Below are positions 49,128 to 60,175 of a DNA stretch of 64,000 nt, piece by piece. The stretch is from NCBI RefSeq assembly GCF_009834535.1, contig NC_045697.1, positions 70,372,001 to 70,436,000 of the forward strand, given 5' to 3'. Numbering within the stretch: position 1 is the stretch's first letter; every line of letters begins with the position of its first letter. The notes under the pieces were generated by a model that saw only the letters and a program-made list of their open reading frames with translations, did not search any database and was not told where the DNA came from. This stretch comes from Camelus ferus. Lineage: Eukaryota. The position numbers and the translations under genes are program-made.

Positions 49128-49360
49128 TATAGCACAGTGAGTAACAGCATGGACTTTGGAATCAAGTAGACATGGGTCTAAATTTAGGCAACACCACTTT
49201 CTATGACTTTGGGCTACTTATTCAACCATTCTGAACATTGTTTTCTTATGTGTAAAATGGGTATAACAGTACTTACTTTATAAGTGAGGAATGCACTTAG
49301 CATTGTGCTTGGCATATTGTAACTACCAAACAATTGGTAGCCATGATTAATTATTATAAC
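49128..49360 (+). mobile_element. MIR SINE
   Basis: 'tatagcacagtg...agcatggactttggaatca...tgactttgggc...tgtaaaatgggtataacagtac'. Confidence 0.85.
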
Positions 49361-50814
49361 TATGATAAAATATAGTATCTTTGAGTTTCATGAGCCTCAT
49401 AAGCAAGACTGTTATTTGATATTTTTAGAAAATAGCATTTATGATAGACCTAAGCCATCACATGAGCTGACATATAGTTATTTTTAACAATGTACACCAC
49501 ACATAATTTTCCTGTGCTACACACCTTATCCATGTATGTTAACATGCAAATATAACCCTAGGCGATTTGTGTAGGAAGCGATTATTTAGTTACTCAGTTA
49601 GGAAGGTGGCAATTCGTTCATACATTGTATATGTCTAAAATAAAATTGTTAACTTGCTTTGCCTACAGGCATGATAAAGTCTCCTTTAAGGAAACAACAA
49701 TTTCCCACATAAGAAAGAAAACAAAAGTTTCTGGATGAAAATAGGAAAACAAGTTTGCACTAGTCATGAAGAGTCTTGTCAGAGTCCAGCTGAGGAAGAT
49801 CGGGCAAAACACCATGTGAGTGCATCCAAAACCAGACCAGCAGAAGCCCCCCTCACAGTCAATGGGTCTCAAGGCCATAGAGCTTTGTTCTGCTGTAGAA
49901 GGCTAGGCATTGTTGATCAAAGAACATCATTCGCAACCAAACTGGCATCATTCTGAAAACAAAGTATGTGTATATTCCTGGTAATTTCATCCAGCCATTT
50001 TATGTGCCAAGAAAGTTACTAATTGTCTCCATCTAGAGCTCCAGCTAGAGCTTGATTATACAGCAAAGCACTGCATAGTTTATCACTTATCTAGCTATAT
50101 TATTGCTTGTCCTCCTTTTCTTCTTCCTCTGCTGCCTAATCCTTTCACTGTTTGTTAACTCTGTCACCTGTGGAGTTAGTCCCCTTCCACAAATGAAGTT
50201 TCACTGTTTCATCTCTAATAGCCACTCATGTAAAGTATTTGAAAAAGGAGAAATTTGAAGCTACAATTTTTAACATCTTGTTGAAATTGTGAATTTCATT
50301 TGTTTGAGATGATTAGCCTTAAAAAAATAGCATAGGATATTTTATTTTAAAACATATCCAGCTTCATGCAGTGTATTGAAAAAGAGAGAAAAAGAAAAAA
50401 GCTTAGCAAATGCTAGGTTGTAAAATAGAAATGACCATCAATTAGGGAGGAGCTGCTGGTTCAGAGAAAAGCTGATTCATACAGTAAAGGCATTCTCTGC
50501 CTCAGATAGCGGAGAAGGAGAACTGGGCAACTGACACATGGGTGGGTGTAGATCCATGTCTTCAAGAAATTCTAAGCGCCATCTGCTAGGGGCATGACTC
50601 TGAACAAGTCCCTTTCAATATCTTTGAATCTCAGCATGGTTAATTGTGAAGTGTGGTTCGAATATAAACTCCATCGTGTTTATGTAGATCCTTCTAATGA
50701 GGAGTCTGAGAAAATGCAGGGGTTGAAAGTTCAAACAGCACAAGAAATGAGACCTTTTGCTTGCAGAAATTAAACATGGTCTTGCAGAATAGAGTCCCGT
50801 GAGTGAAGGGGACA

Positions 50815-51050
50815 AGGCAGCATAATATAATGAGTAGGAGCAGAAAGCCTGGAGCCAGACTGCCTGGGTTTAATCCCAGCTGTACCACTTACCCTGTGTG
50901 GCCTTTCTGTTCCTCAGTTTTCTCATCTGTAAAACAGAGATGATAGTGATAGTGCTTACCTAGTGTTGTTTTCAGGATTAAACAAGTTAATATGTGAAAA
51001 ATGCTTAGCATCTAGCTTACAATGCATGCTATGGAAATACTTTTTAAGTA
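50815..51050 (+). mobile_element. MIR SINE
   Basis: 'ctggagccagactgcctgggtttaatcccagctgtaccacttac...cctcagttttctcatctgtaaaa'. Confidence 0.9.
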
Positions 51051-51574
51051 AATTTTGAGGAAAGAAACATCAATTCTTAAACAAATAGTCTTGATAGTTT
51101 GGTGTTAAGGGCATATACTTTGTATACATGGGTGCTTATTATGTGAATGTTTATTTCTCTAAGTTGGATATTATGTGGTCTGAAGAAATTAAAATTAATG
51201 AAAATCTATGTTTTAATTTACATACAGGATTAAAAATTGAAGTGGAGTATAATGGATTGAAAGTAGCATATACTTAGTTCTTGGTGCTGTAGAATCTTTG
51301 TACCAGTCGTAGGAGACCTAGGATGTCACAGCAACGCATCTGAATTTCAATAGCACAAGCTTCCCTAAAGTCCCTAAAAAAACCAATGAGATGGACATTT
51401 GGAGAGAGGAGACAGGGGTTCCCCACAGTAGGACCAAAACACACACAAAGCATTATACATAGCTGTACACAATTCTACATGAGGAAGCTGCAGGAAAGTG
51501 GAATATCTAGCATTAGCGCCAACGGTGTGAAGATTTGGAGTGGATGGATGGGAGATGTCCCTGCAGCAGAGTAT

Positions 51575-51903
51575 TGTGACAGGCCAGACTATTCCCAGTT
51601 GTCCGCTCCCTGTCTCATGCCTTGGCTAATGAGATGTGAGTGGAGAGGGTGGTCGTCTCAACTAAAAGAAGCCTAAATGCAATTGGGTGCTTCATCCTGA
51701 ACCCCTTCCTCCTGCCCTTCACCGTGAGAGTCGAGGTGATAGCGGCATCTGGGTTTGGGAATGGGATGACACGTGAGGCCTGCGGAGCCCAGCTGAGTTC
51801 AGCAGGCCCTGCCTGGCCACAGCCTTCAAGTAACATGAGGAATAAGTCTGTAAGCTGCTGAGCTATTGGGGTTGTTTGTTCCTGCCACAAAAGATGACAC
51901 ACA
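51575..51903 (+). mobile_element. Old MaLR LTR (MLT1H/I-like)
   Basis: 'acatgaggaataagtc..taagctgctgagctattggggttgtttgttcctgc', an MLT1-type 3' end. Confidence 0.7.
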
Positions 51904-52619
51904 GTACTGCCTGGTAGAGTTTCCTTTTCTTGCCTCCTTAAGGACATGGTCTAAGTAGCCTAGGGAAGTTTGTGGTGCCAAAAAAGCACTTTGGTACATT
52001 AGTCACAGTTCAATGTCCTAATTATCATACTTAGAATACCCATCTGTGTAAAGCCAGTAAATCTAAGAATTTTTAAATAGACCTTCTAAACTCAGGGCCC
52101 TCCTTGTTTACATCATTGAGACATTAGTAATAGTTTGGGGGGACAAAGATCTGTTGTCTTTCTCTACTGCTGTTGCAAAATACCACATATATTGGTGGCA
52201 CCACTGAAATTATAGTAATTTATTTGGAATAGATGGAATGATAACAATACTCTGACTTTACATTTCTACAGCTTCTTTGGTCCAAGGCAGTCAAAGGAGC
52301 CTTGAAACAGAGTCTCACTGATTCTTAAGATTTGTCCACAAGTGCTGAGGTAGATATAGTTATTGTACAATTTTCGCAAGGCAGAAACATGGAAGATGCC
52401 TTCATGAAAGATGGTTCTGGGCAATAAAATACCTGGGTATTTGAAATTACAGAGGCAAAGAATCAATGACCAACAAAATTTAAAATAATTTCTATTATGT
52501 TCTCAAAATAGTGTACTATTTGGTGGCTATAAGCAGTTCAGCTTTATAGTGGAACGAAGCAGGTAAATGATGTCAAATCTAAGATGAGGCATCTGTCTTC
52601 ACCCCTATGCTGAATATTC

Positions 52620-52955
52620 TGACAAATTTCCTTACCTTCTTATAATTTATTTACATTCTTTATAAAAGTGATATAACTTCTGTGTTTTTTAACTTCTTTC
52701 ATTCATTGGGATTTTTTAAAGGATTTTTTTGTGGTTAAGTACATGATTCAGTTATAAACATTTAATAGATTCAAGAACAATATGTATTCTTGGTTAACAT
52801 GGTACATAGTTATAGATATTTCTATCAAAGCAGGTTTCTTCATTGTGATTACATTTCTTTAGAGCCTTATGTTTTCTCTGCTTGATTTATTAAGTTCTGA
52901 AAGAGACATGTTAAAAGCCTTCACTATGATTGTGGTTGTTGTCAAAATTAGTTAT
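52620..52955 (-). mobile_element. Ancient L1 ORF2 fragment
   Basis: 'aagaacaatatgtattct...ctgcttgatttattaagttctgaaagagacatgttaaaagccttcactatgattgtgg'. Confidence 0.65.
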
Positions 52956-52959
52956 CTAT

Positions 52960-54470
52960 ATTCTGTTCAATCCTTTTCCTTCACTGAAGATTTCAGCACT
53001 ATTCCTCACTACTATGGTCCTTTTCTCTTATTATCAATTATTTTTTATCCACCTTTCCTCAGCCACCCTCTCCCCTAGATCTTATCCTTATCAATGTTAA
53101 AAGTTGTCATTACCAATAGCCAAAATGGTTTCAACTTCTAGCACTCCACATTCTGTCCATCACCTTTTCCTATCATTCCAGCCCACTTTCCACCATAACA
53201 GCTCTTCAACTACTGTATCTAACCCGCTAATCCCACCAATCTGTTATTACTCATCATCCACCTCATGTTTTATTTTTTTCTACTTACCCAGCTTAAACTT
53301 TGTGGTCCCTTACTGTAATCCCTCCTTTTTATAAACCTTCAATTGCCTTGCTCCACTCTCTCCCATTACATGCTGCTTTAAAACTCCAACACTGGTTACA
53401 TCTAACGCTCCACCTACTCCATGCTTACCAGTGAGCATTGAAACATTGCTGGAGAAAACACATCAGATTGGCTGGTTTCACTTTTCATTTATAACCACAG
53501 GAGCACTATCACTTTTACTGCATTCCCCACTCATCTAGGAAACTACTTTGCAATTCCTCTTTGCTGTTTCCCCTTTGCAGTAATATTCTTCTTCTTTTCC
53601 AGTTCTTCACCCTCAGCTAATAACACCACTTTCACTTCACTGAGGAAATAGAAGCTCTCAGGAGACACCCCCAGCTCTCTCACCACAGGTCTACGTACTC
53701 ACCTGCCTCGTATCTTTATACTTGTCCTCGTCTTCCCTGACAGTGATGCATCCCTGCGTCTTTCAGGACCAGCCTCTTCCTTTTAGAAAAGTATACTTTC
53801 CTACTCACAGATTTGTTTGCTCTAATCCAGCAATTACTTTTTCTCTTTCCTTCCCTCCAGCATCACTAATCCTCCCCTTTCTACCAGAGCATTTCCATCA
53901 GCATAGAAACACACTATAAAACTACAAATCTTTCTCAGATCCAATACCCTATCCGCAGATACTGCACCATTTCTCTGCTTTTTTGAAGTATGTATCATGT
54001 CCAGCTCTCACCCCACATTCACTCTTGAACCCATTCCTCCCTGACTTTGCCCTTCGAGTTCACCAGAGCTCTTCATTCAAAATCACCAATGACCTCCATG
54101 TTGCCAAATCCAACAATCGGTCCTTAGTCTCCATTTTTTATTATCTAGTAGCATGTTTATACAACTAATTGTTCCTTCCTTGAAATACTTCACTTAGCTC
54201 CTGGGATACCTCTTTCCTGGTTTTCCTTTTACCTCCCTATCTGCTCCTATTTGTCTCCTTCAGAGTTCCCCTCCTCTTTTTCATGTCCAGATGTTGGAGA
54301 GCTCCAGGGTTTGGGACTATTTCTCATCTCCATATACAAGACTTTTCTGATTTCCTCAACCAAGGGCTTTATACTACTTTATGTATTGACAACTCCTAAA
54401 TTAGCCTCTCCAGTCTTTGTTTCTCCCCTGAGCTACAGGCTTGTAAATTCAACTTTCTACCCTTTAGATA
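52960..54470 (+). mobile_element. L2 LINE internal (ORF2-derived) region, about 1.5 kb
   Basis: 'tgctggagaaaacacatcagattgg', 'cacttcactgaggaaatagaagc', 'caaaatcaccaatgacctccatgttgccaaatccaa', 'cttccttgaaatactt'. Confidence 0.85.
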
Positions 54471-55604
54471 CCTTATTCTACCCTGAGTAAGAGTCCTCTC
54501 TTGAGGCACTGACAGTGTGGGGTGAAGAAAAACGCTGCAATCTGTTGGCCTTCCTCAGTTGCTTTTGTTGAGTTCCAATATTATTTGTGTACAAGGAGCC
54601 AGGATGGGCAGACTTATGTCAAGTTGCTAGAAGACGAGCACATGGCAGCCCGAGAGAGTTGATCTGAGTGGAACGTTCTTCACTAAGCTCATTTATCAAT
54701 GGATCCTGGTATTGAATGACAGTACATGGTAGATATCTGGGAGTAATTAATCCATTCACCATGAATCATACTACAGTTGAACTCCTCTCTTAAAACCATT
54801 TTCACACTTATTCTAAGCTGGGACCAAGACTGTTATTTCTCCCTCGTTTTAATCCTTAATATTGCTGTCCAAGTCCCATCTGCACTCAGGCTGAATGGGG
54901 AATGTCAGCAGCTGCAAATAATAAAAAGACTGAAGTGCATTCATACTCAGTTGGTGACATGTCCAATATGATGCTCCCTTAAAACCGCCTCACATGCAGA
55001 AACTCAAGAGTATTTTCTCATGTCATCAACCGTAAGCCAGTTGCTGATAATGTAAAGCCAATTCGTCACTTTTGTAGACAAATGTGTCACTCATCTTAAA
55101 ATCTTTCTTGACAAATGCAGCTAAGCAGCGAATCATCCCTAGTCAGGTTAATAAAGTGATGAAGAGGCCAACTGGGGATCTTTATCCCATTTAAATCTTA
55201 TTATAAACTTATTACCTTGAAAACACTCAAGTGTAATACATCAGTATGGAGAGGTCCAAGTGTGACCATCAGATCCAATAATGAGAGCAGATTCTGAGAC
55301 ATAGTTACTGATAGCATTTGTATAATGAAGCAAATTATGTAAACTTTAAAGCCTACTGGACACTGAAGTTTGCTTAATTGAACTTTACAAAATCAATTCA
55401 ATTTTCTTGAACTTTTAAATTTTAGGGCACTTGCTGAGTGGGTTAGTAATTCTCCTGTAAATTGTGAATATTAAAAAAATAAAAATAAAAACAAAAACCT
55501 AGATTAAATTAAAGAGGATTTCCTGCTCCTGTTTTGATAGGTAGGCTCTCTTCCTTGTCAATCTGTCAACTTTTTGGAGCACTTCCCAAATATTCACTTA
55601 CTTG

Positions 55605-55850
55605 TTTGTCCCTTTACTCATTCACTCATTATTTGCTGGGTAACTTCTATGTGTTAAGGACTGTTCTAAGATCTGGGGATACATCAGTGAACAAAACAGA
55701 AACATACGTGCCCTTGTGAAGTGTTTGTTTTATTAAAGGGAACCAATATTTTGAAAATAAGTAAATAGACACATAAGATAATGTCAATTTGTGAAAAGTG
55801 CTACAGGGAAAAATAAAGCTAAGAACCCAGTGGGTAACTGACTTCACTAT
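55605..55850 (-). mobile_element. L2 3' end
   Basis: 'tactcattcactc...ctatgtgttaaggactgttctaagatctggggatacatcagtgaacaaaacaga'. Confidence 0.85.
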
Positions 55851-55971
55851 TAAGGAGAGACAACCTTTTGCTCTTCAGGTATGTGATTATTAGAGCAACA
55901 TCTCACTTAAAAGGTATTCCAGCTATCATGTTGATAAACTGAAAGCTTTTTGTTGTTGTTGTTGTTTTGAT

Positions 55972-56162
55972 AATGGTTCTAAGAGACATTACCCAGAATG
56001 GCTGCATTGGAATTTCCTGGAGGTCTTTATTAAACACATTGATTCCTGGGTCCCACCCAAGGTTCATTAAATCATAATCCTGGGGGATCAGGCCTGAGCT
56101 TGTGTGCCTTTGAGCGAGCACCCTGACTAACGGGATGTGCTGCCAGCATAGGAATCACTGCA
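55972..56162. mobile_element. MER5-type MITE
   Basis: 'ggctgcattggaatttcctggagg...gattcctgggtcccaccc'. Confidence 0.7.
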
Positions 56163-56807
56163 GCTACACAAGGAACAAAGGGGCATTAGGCACAGTCACT
56201 CTCTGTATCATTAGCACATGGAGAAATCTGTTAGAACAAGTATAAGAGAGTTTGTGGCTTTTATTGACCTTTCCTCATCCTTAGGCTCTGTAGGCAGGAA
56301 AACATCTGAACAAGTTTCATGACCTCAATTTAAAGCCTTAGTTAGCGGGGCTCCTGTGGCACCTCAATACTACTTTGAGGTCAAATCAGGCAGGTATTTT
56401 GATGGATCAGGTAGCAATTTATAGCCAGGCACCACTGTGATGTGATTTGTTCTCCTGATTCTGCACTGGATACACAATGACTCGGCGCTTAGACAAGCTG
56501 TGTGAACCCATGAAATAGAGAATAAAAGATCACTCTTATATATGTGACGTGCCTTTATTGTCACAACTGTGGTGTCTTAAGAGACAAGAAATGGATCTAA
56601 ATTTCAAAAAGGACAGGAGGCAATAATTTTTGACTGATGTTTCTCAGTTTTTAACAGGACTTTGGAGAATAATCCTGTATATAGCAAGTAGCTTTGTTAA
56701 TTACCTAGTGTATTATTTGTAATCTGTAAACCTCAGAGGACACATCAGGAAGTTATATTGCCTAAGGTTAAAGATTATGTGGGGGATTTAATGATTGTGG
56801 TTACATT

Positions 56808-57030
56808 CCGTGGTGCTGATTTGCAAACCTACCTTCATATCGATTGATAAGTCACTTGAGGAGCTTAAAAAAAAATCTGCCTCACCTACAGATATTCTGA
56901 ATTGATTGGTCTGAGGTGGAGCCTAGGTATTTGATTAAAAAAAAAAAGAAAGAAAGAAAGAAAAAAGGAAAAGAAAAAAAAAGCTGCCTGAGTGATTCCA
57001 ATGTGTGGCACAAGTAGATTACTGTTCTGT
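56808..57030. mobile_element. MER5-type MITE with an internal A-rich tract (56936-56982)
   Basis: 'tcacttgaggagctt...cagatattctgaattgattggtctgaggtggagcctagg...aagctgcctgagtgattccaatgtgtggc'. Confidence 0.75.
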
Positions 57031-57349
57031 GGTTTGAAAAGTTACCTTGATCTCCGTGTACCTTCACAGAGGAGCAGATCTTGTGGGTTCTTAACAGTCC
57101 TATCTCTTTCCCCAATTTTCATGTTTAACCAGAAACACAGAACACATTAGCCATACTAGGTACTTGTCAGGAAATGTACTGGAACTCATGAATACTCAGT
57201 ACCCATCAGAACTTATAAAAACATTATTAAGCATCATTTAATAACACCTTACCGGGTTTTAGATAAGAAAAAAACCCCACAAGTATTACTATAAAACTAA
57301 TAACCACTAGTACCCAGCTCTTAACTACTAGCAGAGCTTCTTATTTATT

Positions 57350-57585
57350 GTAAACTCTCTTGTCTTTTTATTCAATTTTATGTGTTATCTTGCACTATTA
57401 AAATTTTTTGATACATTAAAATCTCCTATCAATGCAGTTAGATGACAAGCTTTTAAAAGCGGGGACCATATCTTTTATGTCTCTAGTCTTTTACCTCTTT
57501 TATATTCCCTCAGAATACAGATTGTACCAGGAATCTAGTAGGAGTTTGATAAACATTTTTTTAAATGAATAAATTAATCAATAAA
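57350..57585 (+). mobile_element. L2 3' end
   Basis: 'ttagatgacaagcttttaaaagcggggaccatatc...tagtaggagtttgataaacattt...aaatgaataaat'. Confidence 0.7.
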
Positions 57586-59544
57586 CAATTGATCCTTGTC
57601 ATCTCAGGTAACAGAATATTACTGTATTTCCTTAGAATTGCAAGTATCTTAGGAAAGTTTATTAAGAATTTTAAGTACAAAAAGAAAAACAAGTACCATA
57701 AGCTTTACCAAAATAAATCCAGCTAATGACATCTTTCCCTAGGTAGGTTCAGGCCTTCGTCTTCTTTCTGCTGAGTATTCTGTATTCCATACTTTTAGCC
57801 AGTCCATAGCTAAGTGAGAATGTGTATGCATATTTAGCAGGAGTGATGGATGGCAATTTATCAGTTTCTTTCTATACTGGTGGCTGAAACTTATGGCTCT
57901 CAGCACTTCCCAGTTGCTGGTGATTGATGGGTTTGTTTACTACTTCTTCCTTTGGTCTGGAGGGAGATACTGAGTGGGGTTTCTGCCAGCGCTCTGGAAG
58001 GTTTGGCTGACTCCCAGAGCCAAGAGCTCTGCAGCCCAAGCTGTGTTTACGCCACAGAAGCCCTTGGGCTTTTTTGGATTTTAATCACTTTCCGAACAGA
58101 TGCATTTCTGTTAGGATGGACAACGTATTAAAACTTGCACTCCGCTCATTCAAACCTAAACTCTGTTGGATTTTAAAAGTGTTTATTTTTTGCCTCCAAC
58201 AAAGAAATTAAGTGGAAAATGTTTGTTTCAATCTGATTCCTGTATCTACCCTTATATTTCTGACCAAAATTAAAGAGACTACTAAACTGTAATCTCAAGT
58301 TATGAATATCCTCTTTCTGTTTGAACTAGAGTTAAATAGAAACAAATATGTAAGATACTAGCAAACTCCCTGTGCAAAGCAAGCATATATAAATTAGCAC
58401 ATTGTTTGCTGCCTGTGAAAAAGGAAAATGTGTGTGTTCTCCTGCATGAATAATCATGCTTTATTCACACAAGCAACATGTCTTTACTTTTCATTATCTG
58501 ACAAGATCCATAGTGTGTTACTTAGTTGCAAATACTGGCTTTCCCACAAAATAGGAGTTACTTTTAATTTCATAGTACTGTCCAATGAAAAAAGGAGAGT
58601 GGGAAATTAAGCCAAAGTTAATAAAATAATTTTTTGTATTTTCTTGTTGCCAGAAAACATCACATACACAGTCTGATAATTGACATGTACTGCTTTATAC
58701 GCCTGGCAGCCTCTCTCTCTTTTATTTCTCCTGCTTTGTTTATTACCTTCTCTGAAAAGCCCTTGGAAACCAGAGCTGGTATTTTTATTGTGTTGAAATG
58801 ATTCTGGTAAAAACAGGTTCTAAATAAACACGACAGGTGTCAAGAAAAGCAGCTGGATCTGGTTTAGAGGTCTGACAGATGGGAAAACATTAAACTGGAA
58901 ATGGAGAGAAAGAACCTTTGATTGTCTCGTATAGACACCATTGTGGTTGTGGGTTTGCCACCATTTGCAAGAGCTGCTAGCCACCAGCCTTCATCAAACT
59001 GTGACATTGAGTTGGAATTGAAAAATGACAAGAAAATTAAACTGAAGAGAGATGTCCCTTAGGAGGACAGAAAGAGAGGAGATGAGGCTATATCTAATTG
59101 ACTGAAAATTTTGGTTAGAAAAATACAGGGCTTTTCTGAATAACTGGTAAATAAAGAATCTTCATAATTAAACTGCCTCTGCTATAATAAGTAATGGATA
59201 GAAATTTCATAAATTGTATAAAGCAACATTGCTGTTTCCTACCCTTGTAACCTCTGATTCTTCAGGCATATGAGTAAGGAGCTAAACATTAAGTATTGGC
59301 AACCATAACAAATTATTTCACTAGTTCTAGTCTTTGCAGAATCTCCCCTTATCCCAGTACTTCTGGAAACGTCCAAGGCATGTTTTGTCTCAGCTCACCA
59401 ATACACCCCTTTTTAGCTATTACACTTCTTTTTTTGCCCTTACTCTTAATACTGTGCAGTGCCTGTAGCTGAGAAATTCAGTTCCAAAGAGTCTTGTTGA
59501 GAGCACCTTTCAGCTGCTGCTACCATTTACAGTGTGTGGGGATC

Positions 59545-59965
59545 AGTATGTTAGGACTCTTTTTGGGTTCAAGTGACAGAACCCAGTTTAATTTTACCTT
59601 GATTGGCTGATGAAATCCAGTGACAGGATTGCAGCCACCTCAGCATCAAGGAGAGTCAGGGAATCCAAACCTGCCAGGAGTCTCCCTCTCCCTTTTCAAT
59701 TTCTTGCTTTTGCTTTATTCTTACCTTCAGGTTAGCTTTCTATTCTTCTCTCAGCCACATGTTGATAGTTTCTAATCTTTGTATTTTGTAATCCAGGCAC
59801 CCTAAAGAGTAGGGTGCCACCTCTCTCAATTCTAGAATTTCCAAACTTGCTGGCTCAGTGTGGGTCAGATGCTCTCCTCTGGATCCGTCAGCCGTGGCTG
59901 TGGAGGATTAACACCATGATCAGCTCAGCTGGAGGCAGGGCCCCACTCCTGCAATCAGTGGTGGT
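59545..59965 (-). mobile_element. Old MaLR LTR (MLT1K/L-like)
   Basis: 'gttaggactctttttgggttcaagtgacagaacccagttta' and 'tgtgggtcagatgctctcctctgga...gccccactcctg'. Confidence 0.6.
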
Positions 59966-60175
59966 TGGGGAGCAAGCTGAAGTGGTGACATGGCTGCTAA
60001 GTGGCACGTGGTCAGAAGTCATGTCGGTCTTCCTCATCACTGAATCTGCAGCACTTAGCATAGACCTTCTTACCAGTAGGTATTTTAAAAATTGCAGAAT
60101 GAATGGATTATGTGTGTGTGTGTGCATGTGTGTAGCATGGAGTGGTGGGGAGTAGGGAAAAGAAAGGGTTTCTCT

